Positions 13,835-27,086 of a stretch of DNA of 64,000 bases are shown in pieces. Position 1 is the stretch's first letter, and the number at the start of each line of letters is the position of its first letter. Location of the stretch: assembly GCF_963921235.1 (NCBI RefSeq), contig NC_086108.1:56236001-56300000 (forward strand), given 5' to 3'. The translations under genes were made by a program, and so were the position numbers. The notes beneath the pieces are model-generated. The model was given only the letters and a program-made list of their open reading frames with translations, was not told where the DNA came from and did no database searches. This DNA comes from Mobula hypostoma (lineage: Eukaryota).

Positions 13835-14170
13835 CTATGATTGGCTAAATACAGCAACTGGGCGGCGTACTCGGTTGGTTACTGTTCGCCTGTCTAACCA
13901 TTTCAGGGCTAGGATTGGTTGGGTGATGTCAGTTTGTTTTTCATTTTCCGGTCCCAGCGCGTTGCTAAGGGCGCGTTTGGACGGATAATCGGTGATTTCA
14001 GATCACTCTTCTCGTAAGTTAATTTTTATGTTAAAATTGGCATTAAAGTACGTTCATTGTTTTATTTTTCTCAAACGGGATTAAGCTACAGACAGCCGGT
14101 TGCAATGTTAAGAATGAATTTTATATCCCTGCCCCTAGCAACGGGAGCAGCGGAAGTGGACGCCGGTAAT
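13835..14170 (+). promoter_or_regulatory. DYNLT5: Putative DYNLT5 promoter and non-coding first exon(s): CCAAT boxes, GC box, RFX X-box half-sites, ETS sites
   Basis: Local CpG enrichment; ATTGG 13840-13844 and 13914-13918; GGGCGG 13860-13865; GTTGCTAAGG 13961-13970; CCTAGCAAC 14134-14142; CGGAAGT 14151-14157. Candidate donors GTAAGT at 14014 and GTAATT at 14166. The ATG exon at 17106 starts with an acceptor, so an upstream exon is required. Confidence 0.7.
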
Positions 14171-14569
14171 TGTGGAGAGGTTGTCTAACATGATGGAGCT
14201 GGAAACAACTTAAACCATGACTCGGTTAACAACTTCTGTGTGATTCGCCCAATAGCAGTTTTAGTTGTGGTTAATTCAACTATTGGTTACTTGTGTTAAA
14301 TACCCCGACACGTTTAACGGTTGTCTGAACCAATGTTCCTGAACGACTTGGAGACTTTTAAGTTAAATTAAAAGTTTTGAATTTCAAAATCATGTTTGTT
14401 ATTTTTCCCAAGGATGTTTGTGTGAAATTATATACGTTTAAGTACCGGTAAATATAAATCGCGAGAGGCTCAGTTTCTATTGTCACCGTTGTCCCGACTA
14501 CAATTTGCATCGCGCTTCCTACAATGAATTAATTCCACTCCATTCCACTCCACTCGCCTAGTTTCTCTT

Positions 14570-16470
14570 GCCACAACCATCTGTGGCAATTAATTCCACA
14601 GATTCACCACTCCCTGGCTAAAGAAATCCTCAACTCTGTTCCTTATATTCTGAGGCTGTGCCCTCTAACCCTAGACTCTCCCGCGATAATAAATATCCTC
14701 TCCACGTATATTCTATCTGGGGCTTTCAATATTTGATAGGCCTCAATGAGATCTCCACCCCCAGCCCCCATGCTGAGTACAGACCCAGAGCCATCAAACA
14801 GGCATCGTGCATGAACTCTTTCATTCTCAGGATCATTCTCTTGAACCTTCTCTGGTTACTCTCTGATGCTAGCACATCCTTTCTAGATAAAGAGCCTGAA
14901 AATGCTCACAATGCTACAAATGCAGTCTGACTAAGATTGTAATATTGACCTTATAAAGTCTCAGCATTTTAAAAACTTGCTTCCATATTCTCAATCAATG
15001 CATTTGCCTTCCTGACCACCAACTTAATCTACAAGTTAAGCTTTAGGGAATCCTGCACAAGGACCTCTGAATCTCTTTGTAGCTTTGATTTCTGAATTTG
15101 CACCCCATTTAGAAAATAGTCTGCACCTTTATTCCTTCATTGCCATACTCTTCCCTACACTACATTGTATCTGCCACTTATTGACCATTCTCCTAATCAG
15201 TCAAAGTACCCCTACAGTCACCCCGCTTCCTTAACATATGTGAAAAGAAGCTGTCCCAATAATGTTCCCTATGGAACACCACTAATCACAAGCAGACAAC
15301 CAGAAAAGGCCCCCTTTATTCTCACTCTTTGCCACCTGCCAGTCAGCCACTGCTTTATCCATGCTAGAATCTCCCTGTATTACCAGCCTCGTCTGTGGCC
15401 CCTTGACCAAGGCCTTCTGAAAATCCAAATACACAACATCCACTGACTTTCATTTGTCTATACTGCTTGCTATTTCCTCAATGAATACTAAAAGATCTGT
15501 TGGGCAAAATTTCTCCTTAAGGAAACCATGCTGACTTCAGTCTATTTTATCATGTGCCTCCAAGCTCTTGCCAGCCACTGGCCTATAATATCCTGGATTG
15601 GCCTCTCTCCCCTCTTAACTGGAGTGACAGTTGCAATTCTCCAGTCCTGCGGAATCATTCCAGAATCTCGTGACTCTTCAACTATCACTACTAATGCCTC
15701 TGCAATCTTTTCAGCTAGCTCTTTTGGAACCCTGGAATGTAATCCATCTGGTCTAGGTGACTTATCTACCTTCAGCTTCCTAAGTACCTTCTTAGTAACA
15801 GAGACGATACTCACTTTTGACTCCTGACAATTTTGAATTCCTGGCCTACTGCTGGGGTCTTCCACAGTGAAGACTGATACAAAATACTTATATAGTTCAG
15901 GTGCCATTTCTTTGTCCTCAATTGCTACCTCTTCAGCATAATTTTCCAGTCGACAGATGTCCACATCTGCGTCTCTCTTACTCTATCTATCTATATATCC
16001 AAAAAGAACTTCTGGTATCCTTTTTTTTTATATTATTGGCTAGCTTACCTTCGTAGTTCATCTTTTCTCTCTTTGCTGCTTTTTTAGTTGCCTTCTGTTG
16101 GCTTTTAAGAACTTTCCAGTCTTCTAGCTTTGCACTATTTTTGCTGTATGGTCTGCCGTCTCCTTTGCTTTTATGCTGTTTTTGAATTCCCTTGTCAACC
16201 ATGATTGCCTCATTCCCCCCCCTTTAGAATTGAATGAACCAGTCCTGCACCTTCCAAATTTCTCCCAGAAGCTCCATGCATTGGTGCTCTACTCCCACCC
16301 CTGCCACTGTCCCCTTCCAATCAATTTTGGCCAGCTGCTCTCTCTTTCCTCTCTCATTCCTTTTACTCTACTGTAATACCAACACATCTGTCATTAGCTT
16401 ATCCCTCTCAAGCTGCAGAGTGAGTTCTGTTATATTATAACCACTGTCTACTAAAGGTTCATTTACTTTA
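14570..16470 (-). mobile_element. Decayed CR1 LINE
   Basis: Minus-strand ORFs 15542..15964 (KSP.PDGLH.RV.KE, DWRIA.VTP) and 15987..16202 (YEGKLANNIK). Confidence 0.9.
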
Positions 16471-16604
16471 AACGCCTGCTGCGTTCTTCCAGTATATTGT
16501 TTGTTGCTTCAGATCCTCGTATCTTCAGTAGAGTGGATTCCTAAAGTGTCTCACACAATTAATAGATTAAATCATCATATTATTGCATTAAGAAGAGTAG
16601 AACA

Positions 16605-17067
16605 TGGTGTGGTCTGCTGTGCTGTAGCCCATCCACTTCAAGGTTCAACATGTTGTGTATTCAGAGATGCTCTTCTGCACACCACTGTTGTAATGTCTGG
16701 GTATTTGAGTTACTGTCACCTCCCTTTCAGCTTGAACCCATCTAGTCAATTTCCTATCACCTCTCTCATTAACAAGGCATTTTCTCCCACAGAACTGCCA
16801 CTCACAGGATGCTTTTTTGTTTTTCACACCATTCTCTGTAAACCCCAGGCACTGTTATGCATGAAAATCCCAGGAGATCGGCAGTTTCTGGGAAATTCAA
16901 ACCATTCTGTCTGGCACCAACAATCATTCCATGGTCCACGTCACTAATAACAACCTTTTGACCATGTCCGCATGCTTTTATGTATGTCAGCTGCTGCCAT
17001 GTGATTAGTTGATTATATTATATTTGCATTAACAATCAGGGCTACCTAATAAAGTGGCCACTAAGTG
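16605..17067 (-). mobile_element. Tc1/mariner transposon fragment
   Basis: ORF 16645..16827 GRKCLVNERG.R...R.VQA.R..TVTQI...YNSG.QKSISE.TT resembles a Tc1 transposase HTH region. The end reads ..cctaataaagtggccactaagtg followed by TA (17068-17069). Confidence 0.8.
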
Positions 17068-17117
17068 TACTGTTTAATATCGATACGTACGTCTTGTGTT
17101 TGCAGGTGAACAGCATC

Positions 17118-17230
17118 ATGTCTGACATTGCAAAAGATAAGGCAGCCCGTTTACTGAAAAAGAGAGGCAGTTTGTCATCACTGAGCAGCCATGGCCTCAT
17201 TACAAAGGGGAAAGTAGAGAAACAAAAGGA
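17118..17230 (+). CDS. DYNLT5: DYNLT5/TCTEX1D1 coding exon 1 (MSDIAKDKAARLLKKRGSLSSLSSHGLITKGKVEKQK-D); exon begins at 17106
   Basis: Acceptor gtgtttgcAG|17106; ATG 17118; donor GA|GTAAGT at 17231. KKRGS.SSLS.H matches the TCTEX1D1 N-terminus. Phase 2 joins the next exon. Confidence 0.93.
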
Positions 17231-17619
17231 GTAAGTCAGATCTTTACATTGCTTCTTGTGGCTGATTTGTTTCTGTCCCTGTATACTCCACCTTTATTTC
17301 AAGATCCATTCATTCACACAATTAAGTGAATAATTTGTGGTACACATGTATTTATAATGTATGTATTATAATTTATGTATAGCTGTGTGTTGTCTGAATC
17401 TACATTCTTCTGATGCTGCAGCAAGGAAGTTTTTTGTTGTACCTGTACCTCACTGTATTTGTGCATATGACAATAAACTTGACAAATAATATTCCTTCAT
17501 CCTGTGATATCAATAGTTTGTAAAGCCTAGCAGGAATTCCCTTAAAATGATTAATATTGTGCAAATGTATACATTTGTGAGTTGATGCAAAATAAATACT
17601 ATGTGCCTTTTACCATTTC

Positions 17620-19160
17620 GGAAGACATGGGAGCAGAATTAGGCCACTCAGCCCTTTGAATCGGCTCTGCTGTTCCATCATGGCTGATTTATTATCCCTC
17701 TCAACCCCATTCTGCGCCCTCTGATCCTAGACTCACTCACTATAGGAAACATCCTTGCCACTTCCACCATGTCGTCTTTCACCCGTCATTCTTCTAATTT
17801 GTAGCAAGTACAAGCGCAATGCAAACACTCCTCATACATTACCCCTTTTATTCCCAGAATCATTCTCATGAACCTACTCTGGACCCTCTCCAATGCCAGA
17901 AAATCTTTTCTTAGGTAAGGAGCCCAGAACTGATTACAATACTCCATGTGCAGTCTGACAAATGCCTCATAAAGCCTCCACATTACATCCTTGCTCATAT
18001 ATTTCAGTCCTCTTAAAATGAGTGCCTTCCTTACCACCAACTCAACCTGCAAGTTAACCTTTAGGGAATTGAGCACAAGGTCTCCCAAATCCTTTTGCAT
18101 CTCTGATCTTTGAATATTCTCCCTGTTTAGAAAACTGTCCACACCATTATTCCTTCTACCAAAATGCATGACCGTACACTTACCTACACCATATTCCATC
18201 TGTCACTCTTCGCCCTCTTCCCCAATCTGTCTATTTCCTTCTGCAGACTCCCTGCTTCCTTAACACTACCTGTCCCTCCACCAATCTTCATATTGCCCAC
18301 AAATTTGGCCACAAAGCCATCAATTCCATCATCCAAATCATTGATGTATAACATGAAAAGATGTAGTCCCAAGACCAATTCCTTCAGAACACCACTAGTC
18401 ACTGTCGGCCAACCAGATAAACCCCCCACCCCCTTTACTCCCAATCTTTGCCTCCTGTCAGACAGCCAAATCGTTTATCCATGCTAGTATCTTTCCTGTA
18501 ACACCACAAGCTCTTATCTTGTAAAACGTGTGGAACCTTGCTTTCTGAAAATCTAAGTAAACAACAACTCTTGCCTATTGTCTATCCTGCCTGTTATTTC
18601 CTCAAAAAATTCAAGTACACTTGTCAGACACGATTTCCCCTTTGGGAAACCATGATGATTTTGACCTAATTTATCATGTGCCTCCAAATGCACCAAAACC
18701 TCATCCTTAATAATGGACTCCAACATCTTACCTACCACTTAAGTCAGGCTAACTGTCCTTTAATGTCCTTCTGCATCCTTCCCTTCTTAAAGAGTGCAGT
18801 GACTTGGGCATTTTTCCAGTCCTCTGCAACCATTCCAGAATCCAATGATTCTTGAAAGATGATAACTAATGCCTCCACAATCTCTGCGACTGCCTCTTTC
18901 AGAACCCTGGGGTGTAGTCCATCTGGTCCAGGTGTCTCACCTATCTTCAGACCTCTCAGCTTCCCAAGCACCTTTTCCTTAGTAATAGCAACAAATCTCA
19001 CTTCTGTTCCCTGGGCCTCTCGAATTTCTGGCATATTGCTAGTGTCCTTAATGGTGAAATACAAAAATATTTCATATTTTGCCTCCTTATGGCTTTTTTA
19101 GTTTTCTGTTTTTGCTATATTATTGCTTTTATGCTATCTTTGACTTCCTTTGTCAACCAT
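17620..19160 (-). mobile_element. Decayed CR1 LINE
   Basis: Minus-strand ORFs 17786..18199, 18184..18444, 18553..18738 and 18744..19064 are consecutive CR1 RT segments. Confidence 0.92.
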
Positions 19161-21267
19161 TTCTAGAGAGTTGATGGAAAGCTGAAAATTTCCATTTTCT
19201 AAACCAATCTTCCTTGTTGCTACTTGTGGGAAATCAGAGAGTTGGACAATTTGAATGCAAACTCCATCAAAATCCTTGAAAATGACACTGATTGAATTAG
19301 CAGCCTGGAATCAATTGGAAAAAGACAACTGTAGTGTCATGTTGCAGAAGAATAAGGTGTTGAGCATTTGGAGTTGAGTGATTAATCTTTACAATTATCT
19401 TGAATGTGGAAAAGAAATAAATATTTGCATCAACTATTAAGAAACGCAGTGCCCTGTAATTTTCTTTTTGTGTGTTTGACTTAGTGTGTTATTCTGCACT
19501 ACAAATTTACCCCCCTACAGTAATGATGTTTGACTGCAAAGTAGTTAAATTGTTGCCATTATGGAGCCCAAGTCATATTAATTGATGTAACAAACAAGTT
19601 ATGAAGTACTTAAACCAGGACTATTAGATATTTAAAATTGTTAAAATATTGTTAAACTAAGTTGGAATATAGATAGTGAAAATATCAATCTCTAAAGCTT
19701 CAGTGAATAAACAGATTAGAATTCTTTTAAACTCAGATGATCACTGTTAAAGATAACATAGAAGAAGATATGCAACAGAAACAATAAGTGGAGGTAAAAA
19801 AAATGAGATTGAGGATTCAGAAATGATGTTTGACAGCTGCTGAAAATCTGAAGTCAATGCAAAAGTGCCAAGAATACCCAGTAAGGCAGACAACATCAAG
19901 AAAGCAAGAGACAACTTAATGTTTCAAATTCTGATGAAATATCATCAACGTGTCATGTTATCTCTATTTCCCTATCCACATACTAACTGATAAAGAAGGT
20001 AATAGGAATGAATATTAACTCCAGCAGGTTTTTATTTAGTTAAACAATAATTTTTGGAAAATTACAACTGTAATTTGATTCAGCATGTTATTATTTTAAT
20101 AGCTGGATTGGCAGAGGCAGATGCAAGGGCTTTTTAACTAAAGAGATTATATAGTGAAAAGTTGATTTTCTTTATACTAGTTTCTAGTGCTCAATTTCAT
20201 CTATGCTTTTCTTTTGTGGAATTAATATGTTATAAATTTTAAGTTAGTCTTTGAAGATTGCATCTTTCTATCTTATGCAGTTTAAAACAGCACATCATAA
20301 GATTGGCCAAAATCCTGTTTGAAATGTCACTTGGCTGATGTACAATTGGACCATTGGAGTTCATGTTAGGATAAGGCTCAATTAAACACACCTTGCAACT
20401 TTTTTCCATGAAGCAATAACAAGACCTTAGTGACACATTCTCCTTTGGCAGCCAACCAGCAGCAGTGCAAGGGGTAGTAGAGCAATCTTTGACAGTACAT
20501 ACAGTCTGGTGGATATTTGGCTGTTATGGCCTCATACAGCAGGGGAGGGACTTGCAAGGTCTTCTTTTGAAGTTAGAATCTCTGGAGCGTTGCTGCTGTT
20601 GGTGGACACTAAGATGCTGCCCATGAGCAACCTGTGGCTCTGTAGGGATAGAGGGTTGCTGCATGTGAGCCATCAGAGAGGGACTGCACATCAGCGGATT
20701 TTCTTCCTGCAGCTGCAGAGACACCACGCATAAGCAAATGGTCCTTCTGCAAGAACAGCAGTACAGCATGTGAGAACATTGCTCGCTTTTGCAGGAACAA
20801 AATCGTGTCTTCCAATCCACGCCCACTCAATTCTTTCATCTACATGAGCAGAAATCCTTGGTAATAGCTCAGAGCTGACACCAAGATGAAAGAGAGTAAA
20901 GACACAGAGCTTGGATGCCTGTGATTCAGGGTGTGTCGGCCAGCGTAGCTCAGGATGTGGAGGTGGAAGTTATGAGTTTCATCAGTTTTATCTACCCAAG
21001 GTCCAAATAAGATGTGATTCTCAAATGACCCTATGGGGCTATGCTCTTAACTGATAGCCCCATGGCTGAAACAACAGAGCGTTGCCGGCAGTGTACCTGC
21101 TGAAGAATCTGTTATTCAGCAGCTAAGTGCTGAAGACAACCACTCCCTAATGGTGTAGCGCTTATCATTGACTGTAGGATGTACTTGAGTAGTCAGGATT
21201 CAATGCGGAAGCTGCCCGTTCCGAGCTCCTGAAGTCTCAAACATCCACATAAAGAGTGATTAAAATT

Positions 21268-21425
21268 AAAGGCAACACACACAGAATCGTGGAGTCAGGC
21301 AGTATCTATGGAGGGGAATAGATGGCTGATGTTTCAGGCCAAGACCCTTCATCAGGACTTCTGACTTGCTGAGTTCCTCCAGCATTTTGTGTGCATTGTT
21401 CAAAATTTCCAGCAGCTGCAGAATC
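21268..21425. mobile_element. Penelope-like terminal remnants in inverted arrangement, with a minus-strand hammerhead-like core
   Basis: The minus strand reads agtcCTGATGAagggtcttggcctGAAAcatc (~21359-21328). It is followed by a plus-oriented ctgacttgctgagttcctccagcattttgtgtg tail, as at 38690 and 40330. Confidence 0.7.
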
Positions 21426-23484
21426 ATGAGTGATTAAGAAAATTTATAAAAACTGGCACAATGTTCTCTCTTTGCACAACAGTTCTTTGTCAGCCAGTGT
21501 CTGTTTATGTATAGTTTTCATGAAGTTCCATAGTTTTTTTTCTCTGTAAATGCCTGCAAGAAAATAAATCACAGGGTAGTATATGATAAACATACTTTGA
21601 TAATTTACTTCGAGCTTTCTCTGGGATTATTGCATCATACTCATCATTTGAACTTTAAACAATTTATGCACAGTACTTTTCCACAGAAATGTGAATTACA
21701 CAAATATTGGTGATATTAGTTAGGTTTTTGACAGTAAGATGTATTAAGTATCTTGACATGGACAGTGCGTAAAAGCCCAATCCAATTACAAATTAGGCAC
21801 CATAATGAACTCCAAAATGTTTCCTCCAAGTCAAACATCTATAAGATCCAATTTCCAAGCCAGAGTATCCATTTGAAAAGCATTTTGAGAAAACTTCAGT
21901 TTGTATTTTCACCTACAAAGTAGCCCTTTTCTTCCAGGTAGAGTGAGCTTCTCTTTGCTGCTTCACTTTGAATGTTTATCAATTAAGGATGGCATTAAAT
22001 GTTCAGCTTCCTGTAGATACCCAAATGACTTTCTTTTAAAGGACTTGTCCAATAAGTAGGTTGTTATGATCATAATTTTGTTTATTGTGGTAGATGAAGG
22101 AAAGTAATAACATCATATAGTTTGCAGCTTATCCATTATTGATACTACTTGACATTCTGTCCTCTGACTTTTGTGGGATTTATGGTGGACTAGGTATTAC
22201 AGGACATAATTGCTGTGTTTAAATGGGATAATTGCATTATCCTGCAAAAAGAGCTCATTTCCACACAGGTATATTCTGCACATTATGACTAGCTTTTCTG
22301 TCAATAGTTTACTGGTACTAAAATGTCAGTGTCTATAACTGGGCTGTTTTGAATACAAAGACCACCTTTACTATTTGGTAAGGTGACTGTGTTAGATGAT
22401 GCCAATCTCTGATTACTCAGTAAGCTGCATTTTGTGCTTTATTGTGGACTCATTTGGAACATTACCATGATAATTGCAGGGCCAGAAGACGTGAGTGGAA
22501 ATTACCGCCAAGCAAATAGCATGGATGTATGGGAAAATACTTTTAAGGATTATAAATGTTTGTAAATATTTACCAAGAACAATAAAGACAGCAAAGTACA
22601 AATAGATGAGAGGGTTAATGTACTGGTGTATTGAGCTTGGAAGTGCTGAATTTACTTTTACTCCTTCCTGACTTGATTTTTTTTTCCTCTGGTATTCAAT
22701 GTTAGTGAATGGTATATAAAATATCATCCGTGGTGCAACTTTCCCTTCATTTCCTCAGAAAATGCAATCAATCCCACCATTATCTTCTGCAAGGGTAATT
22801 TTAAACTCCATTTAGAACTTTTATTTAAATGAGTTTTTAAATGGAAATTTTAAATCAAATAATCTGTAACAAATCTTAAAAAAGTGTATAAAAAATTTAG
22901 AGGCAATTACTTCAATTAATATTGAATGAAAATTATCATAAATGTATCTGAAGAATTGTAACCTAATTTCAGCGAAGGACTATTGAGCCTGCACTGTGTT
23001 GCTGAGCACGTCTATCAGATCACTGCTCAGCGGCCTTTACTCAATCCAGTTTCTCTAGCCTATCTATGTAACTAAAGCCCTTCATTCCCAAGGCCATTCT
23101 TTTAAATCCTTCCTGAGCTTTCTTTAGTGTGATGATCAGAAGCAGATTGAACAGATTTGTGTCTGTGGGCAATTAATCTAACTAATTTATGTTTGTACTC
23201 TGTCTCCAAAAATATATAACACCATACCGTGCTCTTAAGAGCGGCCACTTGAGAGAAGCTGTTAAGGATATAGAATCTTCAGCCACATTTTTTTACAGCT
23301 TCTCAGGCTCCCCACTGACTTATCTTGGGCTATCTTCTTACTACTGGCAAATGCTACCCTTGCCTCTCCTCTTGTCTGAAACGTTGTACTCTCTCTCTCT
23401 GCTGTTTTACAGCTTATTTAACATCTGCACTTGGATGAATGAAACTGGCATGTTAAATACGGGAGGGGCTTTAGCAGATCAACA

Positions 23485-23617
23485 AACTCAAGATTCAAGA
23501 TTGTTTAATGTAATTTCCAGTACACAAGTGTAAAGGGGAACAGATTAGTTGTTACTCTGGATCCGATGCAGCACAAAAGAAACAAAGTAAGATAAGGAAC
23601 ACAATAATAATTAAAAA

Positions 23618-23666
<49 letters not shown>

Positions 23667-24930
23667 CTAAAGTATATGGATTATACTTGGATTAGACCAA
23701 GGAGATCATTGTGGACTTCAGGCATGCCAGGAGTCACACTCATGTCCCCATCTACATCAACGGAACTGTAGTGGAGCATGTATCAAGCTTTAAATTCCTT
23801 GGGGTCCACATTTCCGATGATCTCACCTGGTCCCTGAACTCCTCCATCCTGATCAAAAAGGCGCAACAGTGCCTTTATTTCCAGTGGAGCATGAAGAAAG
23901 CTCACCTCTGTCCCAGGACACTGACGGACTTTTACCGCTGTACCATTGAGAGCATACTCACCAACTGCATCTCAGTGTGGTATGGCAGTTGTCCCGTATC
24001 GGACCGCAAAGCACTCCAACATGTGGTGAGAACTGCCCAACGGATTATCGGCACCCAATTGCCCACCATTGAGAACATCCACCATAAACGTTGCCTGGGC
24101 AGGGCGAAAAGCATTATCAGGGATGTATCTCACCCCAACCATGGACTTTTTACTCTCCTCCCATCCAGTAGGCGCTACAGGAGCCTCCACTCCCACACCA
24201 GCAGGCACAGGAAGAGCTTGTCCCTGAGGCTGTGACACTGCTGAACCTCACATCACAGCGCTAAGCAGTATTGCATCCGTATTGTACTGTCTCAGTACTT
24301 TTATATTTGTGTGCTGTAGCACTTCTTTTATTCACAGTTATTTTGTAAATAACACTATTCTTTGCATTTCTGGTCAGATGCTAAATGCATTTCATTGGCT
24401 TTGTATCTGTACTCGGCACAATGACAATAAAGTTGAATCCAATAAATAAATCTAATGTAATCTAATTAATTGTATGTCCATAAAGAGACGCTAGGCACAA
24501 GGGTGTCCATCTGTACATAAGGTGACTGACAGGAAATAATAAAATAGTGTAAGGTCAATGGGTGGAGATGTTGATCAGCCTTACTGCCTGGGGAAAGTAA
24601 TTGTTTTTGAGTCTGACAGTCCAGGCATGGATGCTATGTAGCCTCTTCCCTGATTGTAGTGAGACAAGCAGTTCATGAGCAGGGTGGGTGGAATTCTTCA
24701 TGATATTACGGGCCCTTTTCCAGCAGCTTTCTGTATACACTGCATGTCCATAATGGCGTGTATGCTGACGCCAGTGCTGCATTTGGCAGTTTTAACTACC
24801 CACTGTAGAGTCTTGTTTCCATACCAAGCAGTGGTGCAGCTTGCTAGATGCTCTCTACTGTGCATCTGTAGAATGATATGAGTATAGATGTGCATAGTCC
24901 AGCTCCCTTCAGCCTCCTCAGAAAGTAGAA
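23485..24930. mobile_element. Nested Rex1/Babar-like LINE fragments: plus-strand copy (~23695-24465) inside a minus-strand copy
   Basis: ORF 23711..24235 (VDFR..VE.VSSFKFLGVHIS.DL.W..FYRCTIESILT.CI.VWYG). The flanks 23485-23690 and 24470-24930 are collinear with the minus copy at 29365-29810. Confidence 0.88.
23618..23662. repeat. (TC)n(TA)n compound microsatellite
   Basis: Directly visible. Confidence 0.95.
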
Positions 24931-25129
24931 GCTAAAGAAGGAGAGATTTACCCAACATCTGTATTCGAGGAAAATCTTGCAATCCTTAATAAGGAGATGG
25001 CCAGACTTTTTAAAAATATATAAAACAAAAATATATAAACCACATTGACATTGAAAGGGAAATTTTACTTGACTAGTTTGGACTTCAAAAGGCATTTGAT
25101 AGATTACCTCATTAAAAAAGTTTATTTGC

Positions 25130-25355
25130 TTATTTAGAGATACAGCATGGTATCAGCCCTTCTGGCCCAACAAATCCACAACACCCAATTACACCCACAG
25201 TGCCAATTAACATATCTTTGGGATGTGAGGAAATTTGACTGCCAGGAGGAAGGCCATGGAGAACATCCTCACAGGTGACAGGGGGATCGAACCTGGGTCT
25301 CTGGTACTGTTACAGCATTACAGTAACTGCTATGATACTGTGCCACCCCCCCCCC
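25130..25355 (-). mobile_element. HE1-like tRNA-derived SINE, decayed
   Basis: Minus-strand B-box-like ccaggttcgatcc (from ggatcgaacctgg, ~25284-25296), a gggtggcacagt 5' head and a CR1-like 3' tail. A related copy lies at 57670-57950. Confidence 0.6.
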
Positions 25356-25399
25356 CCGGCTCTAAATAAAAGCTCACATTTTGAGATATATTCGCAAGG

Positions 25400-26760
25400 A
25401 TAAGGGATTGTGTAGCTGGCAGAGAAAAAAAAATTGGGATGAATGAGCCATTTTTAGATTGATGAATCAGTAATTAGGGAAGTGTGAGAGGGATCAGTGC
25501 TGGGGCCTCAGCTGTTTACAATCCACTTCAGCAATATAGTTGAAGGGACCGGGTACTACTGATGTGAAAATTGGAAGGCTATCAAGTTGTGAAGAGGGCA
25601 CATGTAGCCTGCAATAAGCCTGGTTAAATGATGGAAAAGGAGTTAGCAGATGGAGTATAATGTCAGAAAATATTAAATTATTCACTTGGAAAGAAGAAAG
25701 TAAAGGCAAGTATTATTTAAATAGTGAACCTACAGAATGTTATGGTATAAAGAGTACTAATTGTGCAAGAAACACTAAGAGTTGAGACATGTGGGAGGTA
25801 AATTATGGCAAATGAAATGTTGATTTTGATTGTAAAAGGATTGAAATATTTAAGTACGTAAATGTTGATGCAATTTAACAGCGTGTGAGGTGGTACACTT
25901 TGGAAGGACAAACTCCAAGGCAGAGTACAAAGTAAATGGCAGGATACTTGGTTGTGTGGAGGAGCAGAGGGATCAGGGGGTACATGTCCACTGAAAGTTG
26001 CCTCACAGGTAGATAGGGTAGTTAAGAAAGCTTTCATAAGTTGAGGGATAGAGTTTAAGAGTTGTGAGGTAATGATGCAGCTCTATAAAACTCTAGTTAG
26101 GCCACACTTGGAGTACTGTGTCCAGTTCTGGTCGCCTCACTATAGGAAGGATGTGGAAGCATTGGAAAGGGTACAGAGGAGATTTACCAGGATGCTGCCT
26201 GGTTTAGAGAGTATGCATTATGATCAGAGATTAAGGGAGCTAGGGCTTTACTCTTTGGAGAGAAGGAGGATGAGAGGAGACATGATAGAGGTATACAAGA
26301 TATTAAGAGGAGTAGATGGAGTGGATAGCCAGCGTCTCTTCCCCAGGGCACCACTGCTCAGTACAAGAGGACATGGCTTTAAGGTAAGGGGTGGGAAGTT
26401 CAAGGGGGATATTAGAGGAAGGTTTTTTACTCGGAGAGTGGTTGGTGCGTGGAATGCACTGCCTGAGTCAGTGGTGGAGGCAGATACACTAGTGAAATAT
26501 AAGAGATGACTAGACAGATATATGGAGGAATTTAAGGCAGGGGGTTATGTGGGAGGCAGGGTTTAAGGGTCAGCACAACATTGTGGGCTGAAGGGCCTGT
26601 ACTATGCTGTACTGTTCTATGTTCTATATATTATTGTGAGTCTGAACAGTGAGAACTGTGTACAGTTTTTTTCTCCATAGTTGATGATGGACATACTGCC
26701 ATTGAAAGCAGGCAGAGAAAATTTCTTGGGTTGCTACCTCATATGAAGAGATATAGCAGA
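25400..26760 (+). mobile_element. Younger CR1 3' fragment (~25880-26630) nested in an older CR1
   Basis: ORF 26072..26509 MMQLYKTLVRPHLEYCVQFWSPHYRKD...; tail gttctatgttctat; degenerate CR1 sequence on both sides. Confidence 0.9.
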
Positions 26761-26953
26761 ATTGGCAGGAGATTGTAAAGCAAAGTTCTGCAGATGCATG
26801 AAATGCTCAACAGGCCAGTCCAAATCCACAAGAGAGATGCAGAGTATCTCAGGTGTCAACCTCCCAATCATGACATTTCATTCATCTAAAACACTACCAC
26901 TTCCTAACTCAACATTACACCTGAACTGGTGAACCCCTCTCCCACCCAGCATT

Positions 26954-27086
26954 TTCAAATCTCTTACTAACTCTTCCTTCAGTTAGTCCTGATGAAGGGT
27001 CTCAGCCTGAAACGTCGACTGTACCTCTTCCTAGAGATGCTGCCTGGCCTGCTGCGTTCACCAGCAACTTTGATGTGTGTTGTTGT
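26954..27086 (+). mobile_element. 133-bp Penelope-derived mini-insert with a hammerhead-like motif
   Basis: Nearly identical to 40243-40372. Perfect 14-bp TSD TCCCACCCAGCATT at 26940-26953 and 27087-27100. Confidence 0.85.
26985..27020 (+). ncRNA. Minimal type I hammerhead ribozyme-like motif
   Basis: AGTC-CTGATGA-AGG gtctcag CCT-GAAA-CGTC-GACT: stem I AGTC/GACT, core CUGANGA, stem II AGG/CCT, GAAA, GUC cleavage triplet. Confidence 0.65.
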
